A stretch of DNA of 64,000 nucleotides. Source: Chrysomallon squamiferum (taxonomy: Eukaryota; Animalia; Mollusca). Shown here piece after piece: positions 44,929 through 59,259 of this stretch. The DNA is taken from the NCBI GenBank assembly GCA_012295275.1, contig CM022674.1, forward strand, positions 1,860,001 to 1,924,000. The letters are read 5' to 3'. Under the pieces are notes generated by a model. That model had not been told where the DNA came from and did not search any database. It was given only the letters and a program-made list of their open reading frames with translations. Each line of letters starts with the position of its first letter. Position 1 is the stretch's first letter. Both the position numbers and the translations under genes were made by a program.

Positions 44929-47900
44929 ATGGCGACGGCAATGTATTTGGAGCACTATCTTGACAGTAAGATGTTTTTTATGGAGCTTTACATCCATTAG
45001 AAATATAGTTTTAATGCAATCAAATAAAACATTTTTAATTACTTGTTTGAAACATAACCTATTGCATTTATGTCAATCTTTATTTTGGAAAGATTGCCAA
45101 CTGTCTAATGTTAGAAAATGTTTTGGCGCAATTTAATTTCATTCTGTCAAAATATTAAATGAATTATACTCGGGTAGAATATGTACTGTTTGAAATAGTT
45201 TCTGATAGCTAATTTTAGTGTTTGTTTCATGTAAAACTTATCACTGGAAATTATGCATAAATAAAAGATGTGATGAATTGTTTCTATTTAGTAATTTAGT
45301 AAATAAATTATTAATAATTATTATTTTAAGTTTGATGTACTTCTGCAATCTAGACTCTAGAGTCATAGTTGAAAAATTAAATACACGTACAGTATTGTTT
45401 CTCTGGAAGATAATAATCAGACACCTTTTCTAGGATGTATAGATAATAATTAATAGTGTTACTGTTAGTATTACAAAAGGGTTCTTAAGATTACATAACT
45501 ATTATAGTATTAAACTAGTTGAGCAGTAATAGTATTATATATCTCATTCATTGACAGTGTCACTGTTAAATAAGTATCAGACACTACCACTAGTACACAA
45601 AGGTAGATACTAATATGTCTGGCTATTTGGTTTTAATTATATTTATATATGTTTGATCATTTTACTGGACAAAATTGGAATATGTCATTTAATGATTATG
45701 ATTCTGAACATATTTACTCATCTATAAGTATAACAGTATATTTGTTATGTATCCAAATGTTTCAAATATTGTGGCAATAAGTAAATCATTCTTAAGCCAT
45801 GTCTGTTATTCTGTAGGTCTTGAAACATTACCATCCGAGCTTCAGAGAAACTTTAATCTGATGAGAGAACTAGATTCTCGATCACAAGGTAATTTTTATA
45901 TTTAAAATTTGATTTTTAATTAAAATGCTTAATGTATGTTAGAGTTTATTAAATATTTTGCCTAGTTATTATATTAATATTTCATTTTAATTTGGGGCTC
46001 TCATTTCACTTAATACATTTTTTTTTTTTAATTTATTTTATATTCAGTGTTAAATTATTGTTTAAATTATTCTGATCTTAACTTTCCTTGTTAGTTTAAT
46101 TTAGATTTTGAGAAACAGAATTATTCAGTTCATGTAATTTTTAATAAATATTTCTCTTTTTTTTTTTTTTTCATCTTTAAGATCTGATGAAACAAATAGA
46201 CAAAATGGCTGCAGAGTATCTTGGTAACTGCCGTAATATGGTCCCACACAAAAGGACGAATCATCTGGATTCGATACAGAAAATGTTTACGAAGAGCAAA
46301 GAGTTTGGGGATGACAAAGTTCAGCTGGCCATGCAGACGTATGAACTGGTGAGTAATGTTGATCATTTTTAAGCATCTGGGAGTTTGTGTGGTTTATGAG
46401 ATTTTAAACTTCAACCATGAAGAAGAGAAGAAAAAAAGCATAAACTTATGTTGTTGCTGCTGGCTATTGTTTATGTTTCACCTGAGTTTTTATTTATTTA
46501 TTTGTTTTCTATAGTATCTCCTTGAGGCTTTCAGATAAAAAATAGATAAAAAGATGCATACACTAACAGCCTAAAAATATTTTCGTAAACTTCTAGTTAT
46601 TTTATTTATTTGTATAATAAATGTAGCAGTTGTGATACATACTGATAAATTGCTTCAGGATATTTTTATATACATATAAATGATTTTTTTTGTTTTTATT
46701 TTTTATTTTTGGTCTAAAATATATTTATGTTTGTAAGAACTGACATAAAAACCATTTCATGTTTTAAAAAAAAAAAATGTTTTATTTGTTTCTGAATTTT
46801 AGTGTACTTTAAAAGAATCATTGTGGATTTTTTGTTTTAGGTTGACAAACATATACGCAAGCTTGATGCAGATTTAGCAAGATTTGAGGCAGATTTGAAA
46901 GAGAAGACTATGTCACAACAGAAAGAAACCACTGAAGTTGGAAAGAAAAGTAATACTAGTAATGTATTTTTTTTCTTCAATTGTGTTGTTGTTGTTTTTC
47001 TTGTAAAAGGTCCTGTAATTTTATGATGTGAATGAAAATTAAATAATACTCTGTGCAATGTTTACTTTAAGATTATTATTTTTAGAAAAATGTTTTAAAT
47101 TAGTTTCTAACCAAATATCTTCTTTTTTATATATACATACTAGCCACTATGTTTTGTGGTTAATTAACATACAGATATAATACCACTACTGTATTTAATT
47201 AATAAGTCATACTTAAAAGTAAATAAAGTGTGTTCGCCACACTGATGTATAAACTATTTAACTTATTAAATAGTAAGACTTTTTTAATGGTTAATGAAAT
47301 TATTCATTAAAAATTAATTAATGGGGTAAAATATGCTTTCTCTTTACCTTGTAAAGTTCCTGCTGTAAAAACTGAACTAAGAATTTATTTATTTATTTAT
47401 TTGTACTTACCAAGGGGGATAACTTTTGAAAGCATCTGGTGTTTTTTTATCCTAATCCTATGAAAAAATGAACCTTTTTAAATAGTAAAAAAACAGAATA
47501 TTTAAAAAAAAAATATTGGTAGTAATTTCCTATTATTTTGTATGGTTTTGGTAAATAAATTATTTTAAAAAAAAATGATCCATAACTGAATTGCTTAATT
47601 TTTTAAAGTAAATAAAAAGAATATTTTGTAAATTTGCAGATAAAGAGAAAAAGAAAAGAAAGTCTCTGAAAGAAGAATTTGAAGACGAGATACCAAAAAA
47701 GAAAAAGAAAAAAGGGCAGCCTATGTAAGTCATGTATTAAACTTTATTTACCTTCATTATTAAGTGTAGAACTACAAAAATTAATGTTGAATAAAATATA
47801 TTTATATTGTAAAAGTTTGACACAATTTATATATTTAATTTCACTACTGTAAATGGTGGTAATGATAATAATAATAATAATAATAATAATAAAGACACTA

Positions 47901-48636
47901 CTGAGTCTAATATTTCACACTATTCCCCTTTAATTTTAACATTTACTATTTTTACTTCATATATTATTTGTAGAGAATGAAACTGTTAATTTGATTATTA
48001 TAAATTTTAGACCTTCAGCGATGTAATCTGTAAACAAAATCAGTCTGCAAAATGATTAATTTAGAAAAAATGTGAATATTATTTTCAAAAATCTAAGATT
48101 TTTGTGAACTATATATAGAGAGAGAGGGATCATGATTTTCTGTTCAGTTAAGATTGCTGGTCAGAGAACAAAATGAGATTTTGATTAGGAATTTTATTTT
48201 GTTTTATTTTTTTAACTTCATCTTTTTTGTTACTTTTCTTAGACCGGAAGAAGAAACACCACCTCTGCCCTCACTGTTGTCAATCGCTCACCCTTCAGAC
48301 GTCCTTGACATGCCGGTTGACCCCAATGAACCGACCTACTGTTTGTGTCACCAGGTGTCGTATGGAGAGATGATTGGTTGTGATAATCCAGACGTAAGTA
48401 CAACCTCTCGTTTTTAATTTTTTATATAAAAATTATTTTATTTTGTTTATTTTTCTGGCTATTTTAAATAAATTCTGAATCTTCTAGCAGTATGAGCTGG
48501 TTATGTTATTTTATTTTATTTTATTTTATTTTATTTTATTTTATTTTATTTTATTTTATTTTTTGTTTATTTTATTTTATTTTATTTTATTTTATTTTAT
48601 TTTATTTTATTTTATTTTATTTTATTTTATTTTATT

Positions 48637-48687
<51 letters not shown>

Positions 48688-49046
48688 TTTTATTTTATTT
48701 TTTTATTTTATTTATCAATCTGTTGAGCTCTAGTCATCCAGTATTTTTTTTATCCTAATCATTAAATTCTTAAACCCATCTCTTTCTTTGTCCTACAAAA
48801 TGTGGTGATCTCTGTTTTTGCTGTTATGTGTCCATTAAAAATGATTAATTATATGTTGTGTTTGTTTTAAAATTATTATATTTACTTTGTAAATTTTTTA
48901 CTCAAGTTTGACATTTATTTCAACACCATTAAGCCTGATTTTGGATAATTGAATAAAAAAAAAAAAATTACAGTTTTCTGTTAACTTTTCTATACTGATC
49001 TTGGTGGTTTCATGTTGCTAAATTCAAAACTGCTGATATGAAAACA

Positions 49047-49077
<31 letters not shown>

Positions 49078-49291
49078 TATTTATTTAATATCTTCTGTAA
49101 TCTTTTGAGTTATATTTTGTATTTTCTACAAATTAAAGTTGAATTATAATTTTTTTTTCTTAAAGTTAATTTAATTACTTGTATTCCAGTGTCCTATAGA
49201 GTGGTTTCACTTTGCGTGTGTTGGTCTGACAACAAAACCCAAGGGCAAATGGTACTGTCCAAGATGTCAGGAAGAGAGGAAGAAAAAGTAA
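44929..49291 (+). CDS. ING5: Inhibitor of growth protein 5 (ING4/5 subfamily), PHD finger, 7 exons, 240 aa
   Basis: Exons 44929-44965, 45817-45888, 46182-46348, 46841-46949, 47640-47724, 48243-48393, 49190-49291 (723 nt). N-terminus [32 protein letters not shown]; ING domain [30 protein letters not shown]; Lys-rich NLS region; [58 protein letters not shown]. It may be a co-orthologue of vertebrate ING4 and ING5. Confidence 0.93.
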
Positions 49292-50442
49292 CAACTAAAA
49301 ATAAACTGACTTTTACAAGAAGAAAATACTGCTATATACACTGAACACAGACCTAACACTACACCTCTTTCAAAAACTTACTTAAACAAAGCAGTATATT
49401 TTAACAGTGTGATCAGATTAAATTTTTTAAATGTTTTATTGAATTTCTGTTTCTTACTGAAACAGAAAGATTTACAGACATTTTTTTTTTTTTAACAAAA
49501 GTCTCGTTCACATGTCAGAATAAAAATTATTTCTCTACATGCAGCTCTTTCATAACACCACTTTGCATCAAACAGTCTTTTTACGTGTTTCAGTTAAAAC
49601 ATTTCTGTGCAAATCCAAGATAACTTTTCAGAAGAAAAAAAACAACAAACAAACACATTTTAACTTTGAAAGAAGGTTTAAAAAAAGTAGAGCATCCTTT
49701 TACAAAAATAGTTTCTTGCCATTATTTTTTTTTTTTTATTGTTAAATATTTGTTAACATTTTACAGACTGACTGATTCATATTTTGTTAACACTGGTTGT
49801 TGGGTTTTTAATTTTGTGTTTTTAGACCAAAGAGGTTTTTTTTTTCTCAATTATTGAAGAGAAAAAAAATATTTTAAATATACACTTCTGATGAATCTGA
49901 TTTCATTTAGATGTTCAACTCAATTATTTGCTACCACAAAATTCACCATTTGTTTTACCTTAATTTCATATTCACAGCCGTTTTCTATCCATTCACTGGT
50001 TTACAATTACAAATTAATGAGTATTAGATAATTATTAAGAAAAAGATAAATGATAAAAATATATTAATTAATCTGAAAAATGAAAACGAAAAAAAAAAAA
50101 TGTGCTGGCTATTTAGATTAATGAAAAACTTGCAGTTTGAAACTAATTCTACTGATTTGTCAGCAAGCATGAATTTGGACATTGTCAAGTGCATCTGTAA
50201 CTATGCAACACTTTATTGTTTTAATGTTATCTGATGCTCTGTGTACCAGTTTTCTTGGAAATACTACAGTGTTACAAAATGTTGTTATCCTTTGGACACT
50301 GATAATCCTTGGAATCCTAGAAAGCAATCCTGTTCGTAGCAGGATCTCACTACCCTTTTTGAAAGGACACGAAAAACTTGTAAAACACAAGAATGTTAAA
50401 GGAGATTTGTCTGAATATTTTATTCATGTATGTAATGTTTTT

Positions 50443-50476
<34 letters not shown>

Positions 50477-50714
50477 CTAACAAAAGAGGAATGAAATCTC
50501 CTTGTTTTGCTTGTACAAAGTTTCACACAATTATTTAACAGGTGTGTTCTTTTTTCGTGTGTTCTTTGCTTAAAAAGTATTTTCCATTTGTCTGTTTGAA
50601 AAAGAAACTGACATTTTCATTTTTGTATTTATTTTAAAAATTTTGCTCCATGTATTGCTGCAGATCTTTTTTTTGTTTTGTTTTTTTCTTTATCAGAAGT
50701 CAATACTAATAATA

Positions 50715-50761
<47 letters not shown>

Positions 50762-52634
50762 TTAACACTATGTTTCTCTCACTTTTAAGTTTAGAGTGTA
50801 ACATGTTGAATATTACTTGATCAGCTCTGACCATTTTTTTTAATTTTCAAATTCTTTTAAAAAATATTTTTAAAGATTTAACAGATTATTTTTTTAAATG
50901 ATACATAACAAAATGGTTAGTTTGTTGAAATTGAATAAGTGTTGTAACTTGTAATATTTTTCATATAGTTATTTTTTATAGTTGTATGTGATTTTTTCCT
51001 TCATAGATATATATACACACACACATGTATACATATTTGATCTATGATATTGTCATATCTCACAGCATTATATTATGTTCAGTTTGTTACAAACATTTTT
51101 GATCTAGTAAATGTCAACAGTCGATGATATAATTTAATTTGTCTTTTTTATCAAAAGTTCTGAAATCCAAACTTCAGTGACTATTTTATTATTATTTCTT
51201 TTTTTTTTTTTTTTTTGGTTCAGTACACAGGTATTTTATTTAACTTACTATACAAGTGAACAGTAATAATAATAATTGTTAACATTTTCTTTTTTTTTTT
51301 TTTTTTTTTCTTTTTTTTCTTCACTTTTTACAAATCCTGTAAGACAATCGTAAAGAGTTTATATACAGAAACTGAGAAACATTTCCAAGTTGGTTTATTT
51401 AATATTCTCATGTTGATGATTCTGGTTTCGATATTTGAAATTTGAGTAATAAAATAGTCAAATGCATTTACTATTAAGATCTGCAGCCAAGCAGACTGTG
51501 ATTGATTGTCTTGGTTTCCACTAGAATTGCTTAAATCATATAACAAAGCTTTATATCTGAAGGCTTTACATATATCATAAACAGTTGGCGTGTAGTAAAA
51601 GTCCCTGTAAACAGTATTTGTGTTAAACAAAACAGTTAATTAAAACACACTGTATATACAGCTGATTATGGATATATATATTTTTTTGAATGTACAAAAA
51701 GGCAAGCATGTATGTGTTACTTAAGCATGCATTTTAATTGCTATCCAGTTGGTGCATGGTTTTCTTGTGTATATATATTTTTTTGAAATGTTGGAGGTTT
51801 TGTCTTTCAGTAGTCCTACAAAGATGAAGAATTTCGGTTAGGTATGGGAGATGTGATGAGAATGATGATTCAAGAGTGTGTTGGTCTGTTTGGAATGATT
51901 GTTATGTACATACTAATTTAACATACTACACTGTTAAAGGGAATTGTACATTACAGTGCAAGTGATGTAGAATTTTATATGGTGCAGATGTGTGGATTCT
52001 TGAGAAAGAAAAAAAATGTTTTAGTTCAGTAATAAAGCATGGGTATAGTAGATCTTATAAGTTATTTGAGATTACAACAAAATGTATTTACCTATGGTAA
52101 ATACGTATTTTTCTTTGCATGTTTCTTTTTCCTAATATATATTTTTTTTTCTCCAAATGAAAAAGAAAACTGCACACAGAAATTACTTGTTGTTTTTTTT
52201 TTTTTTTTTTTTCCATTGTTTAAATGCAGTAGATTAAGATATAATTTAAAAATAATTTCTTTAGTAACTGAACTAAGTAGATTATGCTCTTAACTTCTTT
52301 AAAATACTTCTATGATTGTGTGTAAGGCTTTCTGTTGAAAGAATATTTTAGGGTAGAAGGTTTATTTAAGAATACATCTGGCATCTTAGGAAGAATGGAA
52401 TAGAAATTCTGGGTGCGTGAAAACACTAAAATTACAAGAATGATAAAATTGCGTATCTGTCTAATATTATTTTAGAGTATGTAACCATAGCTACTGGAGG
52501 GGGGGTGTTATTTATTGTGAGATGAATGTTGGATTACTTTTGTTTATACAGTTCAGTTAATCTCAGTATACTCTGTTTTAATATTACAGTTCATTTATTA
52601 TTATGTGGTTTGATGTTCTTGTATGTGTCTAGGT

Positions 52635-53010
52635 CAGTGGTTCTCAAAGACAGTGCCTGGGAGTGTCTAGGTAGATATTTGTGATGGCAAAACCACTTTT
52701 GTGAGCTCCTTCGATATGAAATTTGAAATCCATTCATAGAAATTTCAGATGATGCTAATTTAACATTAATTGAAGAAGAAAAACTAGCAGCTGTTTCACC
52801 AATGGTGGAATGAAGATTAAATATAAGGAATCTAGTCTTGAAACATTTTTGGATTTCAATCAGAGAAGAATATCAGTCAGTATCCCCCAAAAAAAAAAAT
52901 TAGCCATTTTACTGCAATTTTCAACATCGTATTTTTGCGAATTAGGATTTTCCACTCTCACCAACATCAGGTGTAAGGCTTCAAGTGTGCCCTGAATTTG
53001 AGAACCACTG
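52635..53010 (+). mobile_element. Internally deleted hAT DNA transposon (Charlie/Buster type), 376 bp
   Basis: Perfect 14-bp TIRs CAGTGGTTCTCAAA (52635-52648) and TTTGAGAACCACTG (52997-53010). Perfect 8-bp TSD GTCTAGGT (52627-52634, 53011-53018). Internal frameshifted remnant LAILLQFSTSYFCELGFSTLTNI resembles the hAT C-terminal dimerisation region. Confidence 0.93.
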
Positions 53011-55131
53011 GTCTAGGTTATGGAATGTATAATAACAGTTAATACTAAAACTACAGAAAAGTACATTCTAGTCGGCCTTATTCACAGTTGTGTACCTTGG
53101 TTTTCAGTTATCTACCTTTGGTCAGGTTGTAAGGTAACTTAGTAAATTATTTTTTTTTTTTTTTTTTTTTTGGTAGATGTGTAAGGAAATAATTTGTTGC
53201 AATTCTTGAAACAAGAACTTAAAATCAAAAATATGCTATTTAATGGTAAATTAACTTTTGGAACGTGTAATATTTGTATACATGAAAGATAATAGATTGG
53301 TTTCCTTGCATACAGTGTGTGGTATGCCGTTACAGGGATTTTTTCAACAAAAACAAAAATCTATTTCACTTCTAATGGCATGTCTTTACAGGCCAGTGAA
53401 ACTGAAATTTTTCATGCTTATTTATTTTTTTATTTTTTTTTTTTTATATTGTTTTGCAGCAAGATGAGTGCATAAATTTAAATATGATCACAGTCCAGGT
53501 ATAGCTGTGATTGACTTGAAATTTTTGTTATTATTTCACATATAAATGGCACCCATGGTTAAAAACAGTATTTCAACAATAAATTGGAACTAATATTTTT
53601 CTATTTATTTGTTTGTTTATTTTTATCATCTTCTTAAAGGTAAATGAATATCTTTTTGATCACTGATAATCAAATCTTAAAAAAGAATTAAATTGTGTAA
53701 AAATGTCCAGTTTGTTTTACCTCTGAATGTTTTTGTTTCACTGTTTGGCAGTTTGAAAGTTAGACAAAACAACAGTTTTTAAATGAAGAACAGAAGTCTG
53801 CATATATGCTCTTCAATTTTCTATTTTGTAACAACAACTTTTTATCTTGTTTACAAATTCAGGTATTTTTACAATGTTCACTTTTAATTAAAAAAAAATC
53901 CTTTCATTTTGCATTTCTCTCTAATCCATTTATAAATATTCATTCTTTTAAATTTAAACATGTCCATCCACCATTGTTCTTATTCACATTTTAATTTCTA
54001 CTAGTCACTCAGATATGGGTATTTTCATTGTTTTGTTTATTTTAAATTTCCAAATAATAGTTGTTTATTTTCCATTAAACAAAAATGTTGGTCACTGCAA
54101 AAATAAAATTTCAGTGTTCATGTTTTAAGTCTGGTATTTTGTTTTTGTTCAATTCCAGCAAAAGATACTGAATGAAAATAGGTTATCTGAGTTTTGCTGT
54201 TGAGATTTTCAAGTTTAAAATGAATCTTAAAACTTTTTTCTAATTGAGAAAAAAACAAAAAAATTTTTTTAGATGATTTATTATGTATTATGTTTCCTCT
54301 GATTATTGCATTAAATCAAATTTTAGTTATCATTTAGCCAGATTATTACAGAAATTAAATGACAGAATATTATATGATATTATTATATTATAATGTTACA
54401 TTCTTTTCATTTTTTTTTTTAAATTTTATTATTTTTTAATTGCTGCTATAATCTGATGACAATTATTTCTATTCAGACTCAGCCTTTCTTGAATTTTCCT
54501 CCCAGTGATAAATGTGCAAACCCCTAGAGTTACGCAACTTGTATTTTTTCAACATTTTCATATGGTGTTCTTGATCTTGATAAAAGTTGTTTTAATTTTC
54601 AACTTCAGATTCTGTCTTCATTTTATTATCTGAATAATAATATTATTCAGAGTGTCTATAGTATATATATCATAAAACTGTTAAAAGAATTTGTCACAAA
54701 ATGTAAAAAAAAAAAAAATAAGTAATGATATTGAATAAATGAATAAAACATTTTACATTCTCACATTTCAAAATTAAAATGTTTAATTTTGGTGCTTCAT
54801 TTTATTCATTTTATTTTCTAATTCTTTTTTCAATGTTATGATACATATTTATTTTTCTTTCTTTCAAATCTTGTTCCTGCATATATAGGTCACACAAGTC
54901 ATAGAATTTTATTTTCTTAAAACGTTTTATCTTTTCTTTTCTGTACATTGAAAACCTTTGATTGTTACCATGGTTATGTAAATAGCTTTATAGCTCTTAT
55001 TTTATGCTCATTATATGCATCACTCAAATATTATTGTTTTATTTGTAAAACAAAAAACAAAATAAATCTTGTTAATATTTTGTAAATAGTTTTTTTGTTG
55101 AGGCCATTGTTGAATGTACAGTTGCAGCACA

Positions 55132-55137
55132 AATAAA
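55132..55137 (+). terminator. Candidate distal poly(A) signal of ING5 (implies a 3'UTR of about 5.8 kb)
   Basis: AATAAA preceded by TGTACA and followed by tttgtctttttgttctt, near the end of the CpG-poor domain. Confidence 0.35.
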
Positions 55138-55360
55138 TATCATTCATCATTTTGTCTTTTTGTTCTTATTTTTTTTAATTTTTTTTTTTTTTTTAATGTA
55201 TACAATTATTAATTGATTTATTTATTTATTTAGACAGTAAATATATAATTATATACATCTTGGAAAAAAAAAGGATCGACTTAAATTTCAAGAGAAATAG
55301 GAGTAAGCTGCACTTTCAAAGCATAGAACAGTTTTTCTTGAAATATGTAAATGTTATTAA

Positions 55361-55492
55361 CCCTTGGGTCTGCATCACAAAATTTTATGCATAAGTAATT
55401 TTTTACTGGAGATTTTCATCATCATTATTATTACTATTATTATATTATCATTATTTTTGGTGTTATTATCATTATCATTATTACTATTATCA

Positions 55493-55553
<61 letters not shown>

Positions 55554-55572
55554 ACTTTTTATCACCCAAGGG
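55361..55572. mobile_element. piggyBac-like non-autonomous element (MITE), right end locally duplicated
   Basis: TTAA|CCCTTGGGT ... ACCCAAGGG|TTAA. The interior is mostly (ATT)n. The right about 100 bp, including the end, are repeated at about 55585-55686 (atccaagggttaa). Confidence 0.6.
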
Positions 55573-55618
55573 TTAAAAACTATTATTATATTATCATTAT
55601 TTTTGGTATTATTATCAC

Positions 55619-55660
<42 letters not shown>

Positions 55661-56419
55661 ACTTTTTATCATCCAAGGGTTAAAAACAACTGGTCTAAAA
55701 TGTGATATCTAGAAAGAGTAATCCTTGACTCTCATACACCTTTGTCCACTAGATGACCTATGACCAGCTTATTCTGTGACATAACATCAGGTTTCTGTGT
55801 AATTTTTGGATATAATACTTTGTTACTGAGCTAATTACAGTTTCACTGGTTGATGTTATCAAAGAATAAGGATCAGTATGTAGTGAACATTAATATTTAA
55901 AATGATGTTCATTCATTTACACATCATGGTATATCCATAGTATAACTTATAAGAAAAAAAAAAAAATATATAAATAAATACATAAATACTACTACTACTA
56001 CTAATACTACTACTACTACTAATAATAATAATAATAATAATTTAATTAAATTAAATTATATTAATTACATTTTTTAAAAGTACATGAATTTTAGGTTGGC
56101 TCAATTCAAGTTTTGTGAAAGCTTATCCAACACAACCACCCTACATTATTTTATTATTACTATTTTTGTTGTTGTTGTTGTTGCTGTTGCTGTTATTATT
56201 ATTATTATTTCTACTACTACTACTGCTACTACTATTATTTATGAATACTCAGTTTTAATATCACTGTATTCTTACATAATTATTTTCAAGATTTGTTTTG
56301 AACTTGTCCACATCAGAAAACTTTATTTACTGGAAATTATAGATGTATTTGCAAGCGTTATTCTATTTTTATTTTATTCCACACACACACACACTCCTTT
56401 AACTTTAAATTAATTTTAG

Positions 56420-56960
56420 GAAATACGTACATGCACGCGCGCAGACTCTAATAGTGATCATCGTTTGCGAGCACTGGAGGAGGGTCAAATAAAAAAGAAA
56501 AAAGGTTTTATATGCCCTCATCAAAACCCGAAACCATTTCCATGCAGTCGTTGTGCTAAATCACGAAATTCTCATGTCGTAAGGTGACGTAATGAAATGA
56601 CACGCGCCCTTTCATCAGGTCACAGGTCAACAGCAACATGGCGTCTGTAATTACGCTATCTTCTAAAGAACTGATAGTAAAAATTGGGATTAAAGGTCGC
56701 GCTGCTTATCATAGAGCACGTGCTCTCGGCTTTAATCTTTAACAACAGTAACTAAGTAGATTTTTACCAGTTCGCTGCCAAATCCGCCATCAAATAAAAC
56801 TTTTATTGAAGCTATCTGGTAACATGGCGCCCACTCCAGTGCACATTTTAAACTGACATAATTGTGTAATTGGTATTTAAAAAACGGGAATGCGTGTGGC
56901 ACGATAAATTGTAAAAATGTTGCCAAAAAGGTGCTGAAGTTTCTGACTAACCGTATATTA
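56420..56960. promoter_or_regulatory. CpG-rich regulatory island with perfect DR1, CRE-like, E-box and YY1-like motifs
   Basis: GTGACGTAA 56584-56592; AGGTCA-C-AGGTCA 56617-56629; CAACATGGCG 56634-56643; palindrome AGAGCACGTGCTCT 56713-56726; AACATGGCG 56821-56829. Confidence 0.5.
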
Positions 56961-57543
56961 TTATGATGATACTGAAGAAACTGAGGAAACGAAAAGAAAA
57001 AGAAACCCCATTATCTTTCCTCTTGTTGTTGTTGTTGTTGTTATTAATGTTGTTTCGTTCTTTATATTTATTTTTACTTTTCTTCTCCTCGTTTTGTTTC
57101 TTCTTCTTAATTAATAAATACACTGAATATTATAAAAACGGTTATATGCTACCTTGATTTTCCAGAGCAACTTTTTGAAAGGTGTTCATTTTGTGATTTT
57201 AATGAATGAAAAAAAAAACCTAATAATGCTCAGTGAAGAATAAATAAAATGTGCTTAAAGGATATGAAACACACGTTATAAAATATTAACAAAGTTCGTG
57301 CTTAAATATATAATTAAGAAAGAAATTATTACTTTTAATAAGACTACTACTGCGTCTACTAATACTACTATTACTACTATTGTTACTACTAATACTATTA
57401 TTATGACTACTATTACTATTGCTATTATTATTATTATTATTACTACTACTACTATTACTACTACTACTACTACAATTACTATTATTATTGTTCTATTATT
57501 ATTATAATGAAATTTGCCTAAAGGTAATACAAAAACAAATAAC

Positions 57544-57605
<62 letters not shown>

Positions 57606-58316
57606 TGATGGTAATAATTAATAACTACTGTAAAATTATCTGAATTGGGGGGAAAAAAAACATTTTTTTTTCTTTTTCTTTTTTAAAGGTAGCTTTTTCA
57701 CAGCATTCATCACGAAGACATTTACACCGGGCTCTGAAGCGTAACTCATTTGTTTCTGCCTACAAGCCCGACGTCCAGACAGGACAAGGGAGATTACTCT
57801 AACTTTGTAGCTGATAATTAAATATCTTTAACTGACCTAAAGCGGACAACTTTTATATCTGTCGTGTAATTTATAGACATCTCTTTAAAAAGACTTTGAC
57901 GTTTAGAATCAAGACGCGAGTCGGTATCTTTTCAGCATGAAAGACAGATACTCCGTTTGTTTCCAATATGGCGGACGCGACTTTACAAATTCAAATGTAT
58001 CGCGTTGAAGATCAAAAAAAAACAACAGAACGCGAACATGAAATACAATGAAGCGAGATTAGCGCTAGATTAACACCAGAGCAGTGAACAAGATGGACGG
58101 ACGATAGGAGCGGTGTATCTGCTGAAATATCAACAATCTGATACAGTGACTCTTTTCCGGCGATTTTCACGAAACGGCTGTCTTGTCACCTCGCGTTAAT
58201 TACTCGATTTACACAAAGATATGATTTTTATCTCAGTGCACTAAGTGTGTTTTGTTAGAAATACTTTCAAACAAGTAGTCAGAAATAATGTGTCAGTGCT
58301 GCCTACCCGTATATAT

Positions 58317-58419
<103 letters not shown>

Positions 58420-59223
58420 TACACATATAGAGTTAAACATTTACGCAAAAATTCAAAAAAACACACACAAAAAACCCCAACAATTTCACTCTAAAAATAA
58501 AAAAAAAACAAACACAAAAACACACACACCACACACAATTTCACATACAGATAAACATTTACAAATAAAAAATAAAAAATAAAAAACGACAATTTCACAT
58601 GTATAAACTTGAAGTTACATACACACTTAGACATACACACACAAATACGAATACGCTCTATAAATCGAGGTACAACAGGTCGCACGAAATGTTTTACTGA
58701 CATCAAATAACCATTTATATTAAATAGCAGTGAAACGTCATTGAACATTTAAATGCGCGCGAGACACACACACAGACACAAACTCATACAGACATACACA
58801 CACTCACACACACAAATATACATACACGCACAAACACACACACACACACACACACACCACAGCACCATAAAATTTTCCTTGCAAGAAAATGCGTACAAAA
58901 CACATCTGATGCAAAAAAAAACATGAACAAAGAACTGATATTAAAGAGTTTATAATTTCAGTGTTGCACATTTCAAATAAAACCGATGGCGTTGATGATG
59001 GCACCATTATTATTAATAATCACTGTCTTTAACATTCAAAGACCATTTACAAGCGTTATGTATTTCATTCATAGGCAGTCTTAAAGTGTAGAGATTTATC
59101 TGTTCCTGTTGGCAGAGACGTTTTATTTTTTCTTCAATAATTTAGCTGTGGTTTTTTTTCTCTCTCTCTCTCTGCTCGTTCAGATACCAAAATGTCTAAG
59201 CTCCGTGCAGTTTACCAAATCAG

Positions 59224-59259
<36 letters not shown>

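Noticed and set aside
52810-52995. 61-aa ORF as a functional gene
   Set aside because: Frameshifted fragment of a hAT transposase within a 376-bp non-autonomous element.
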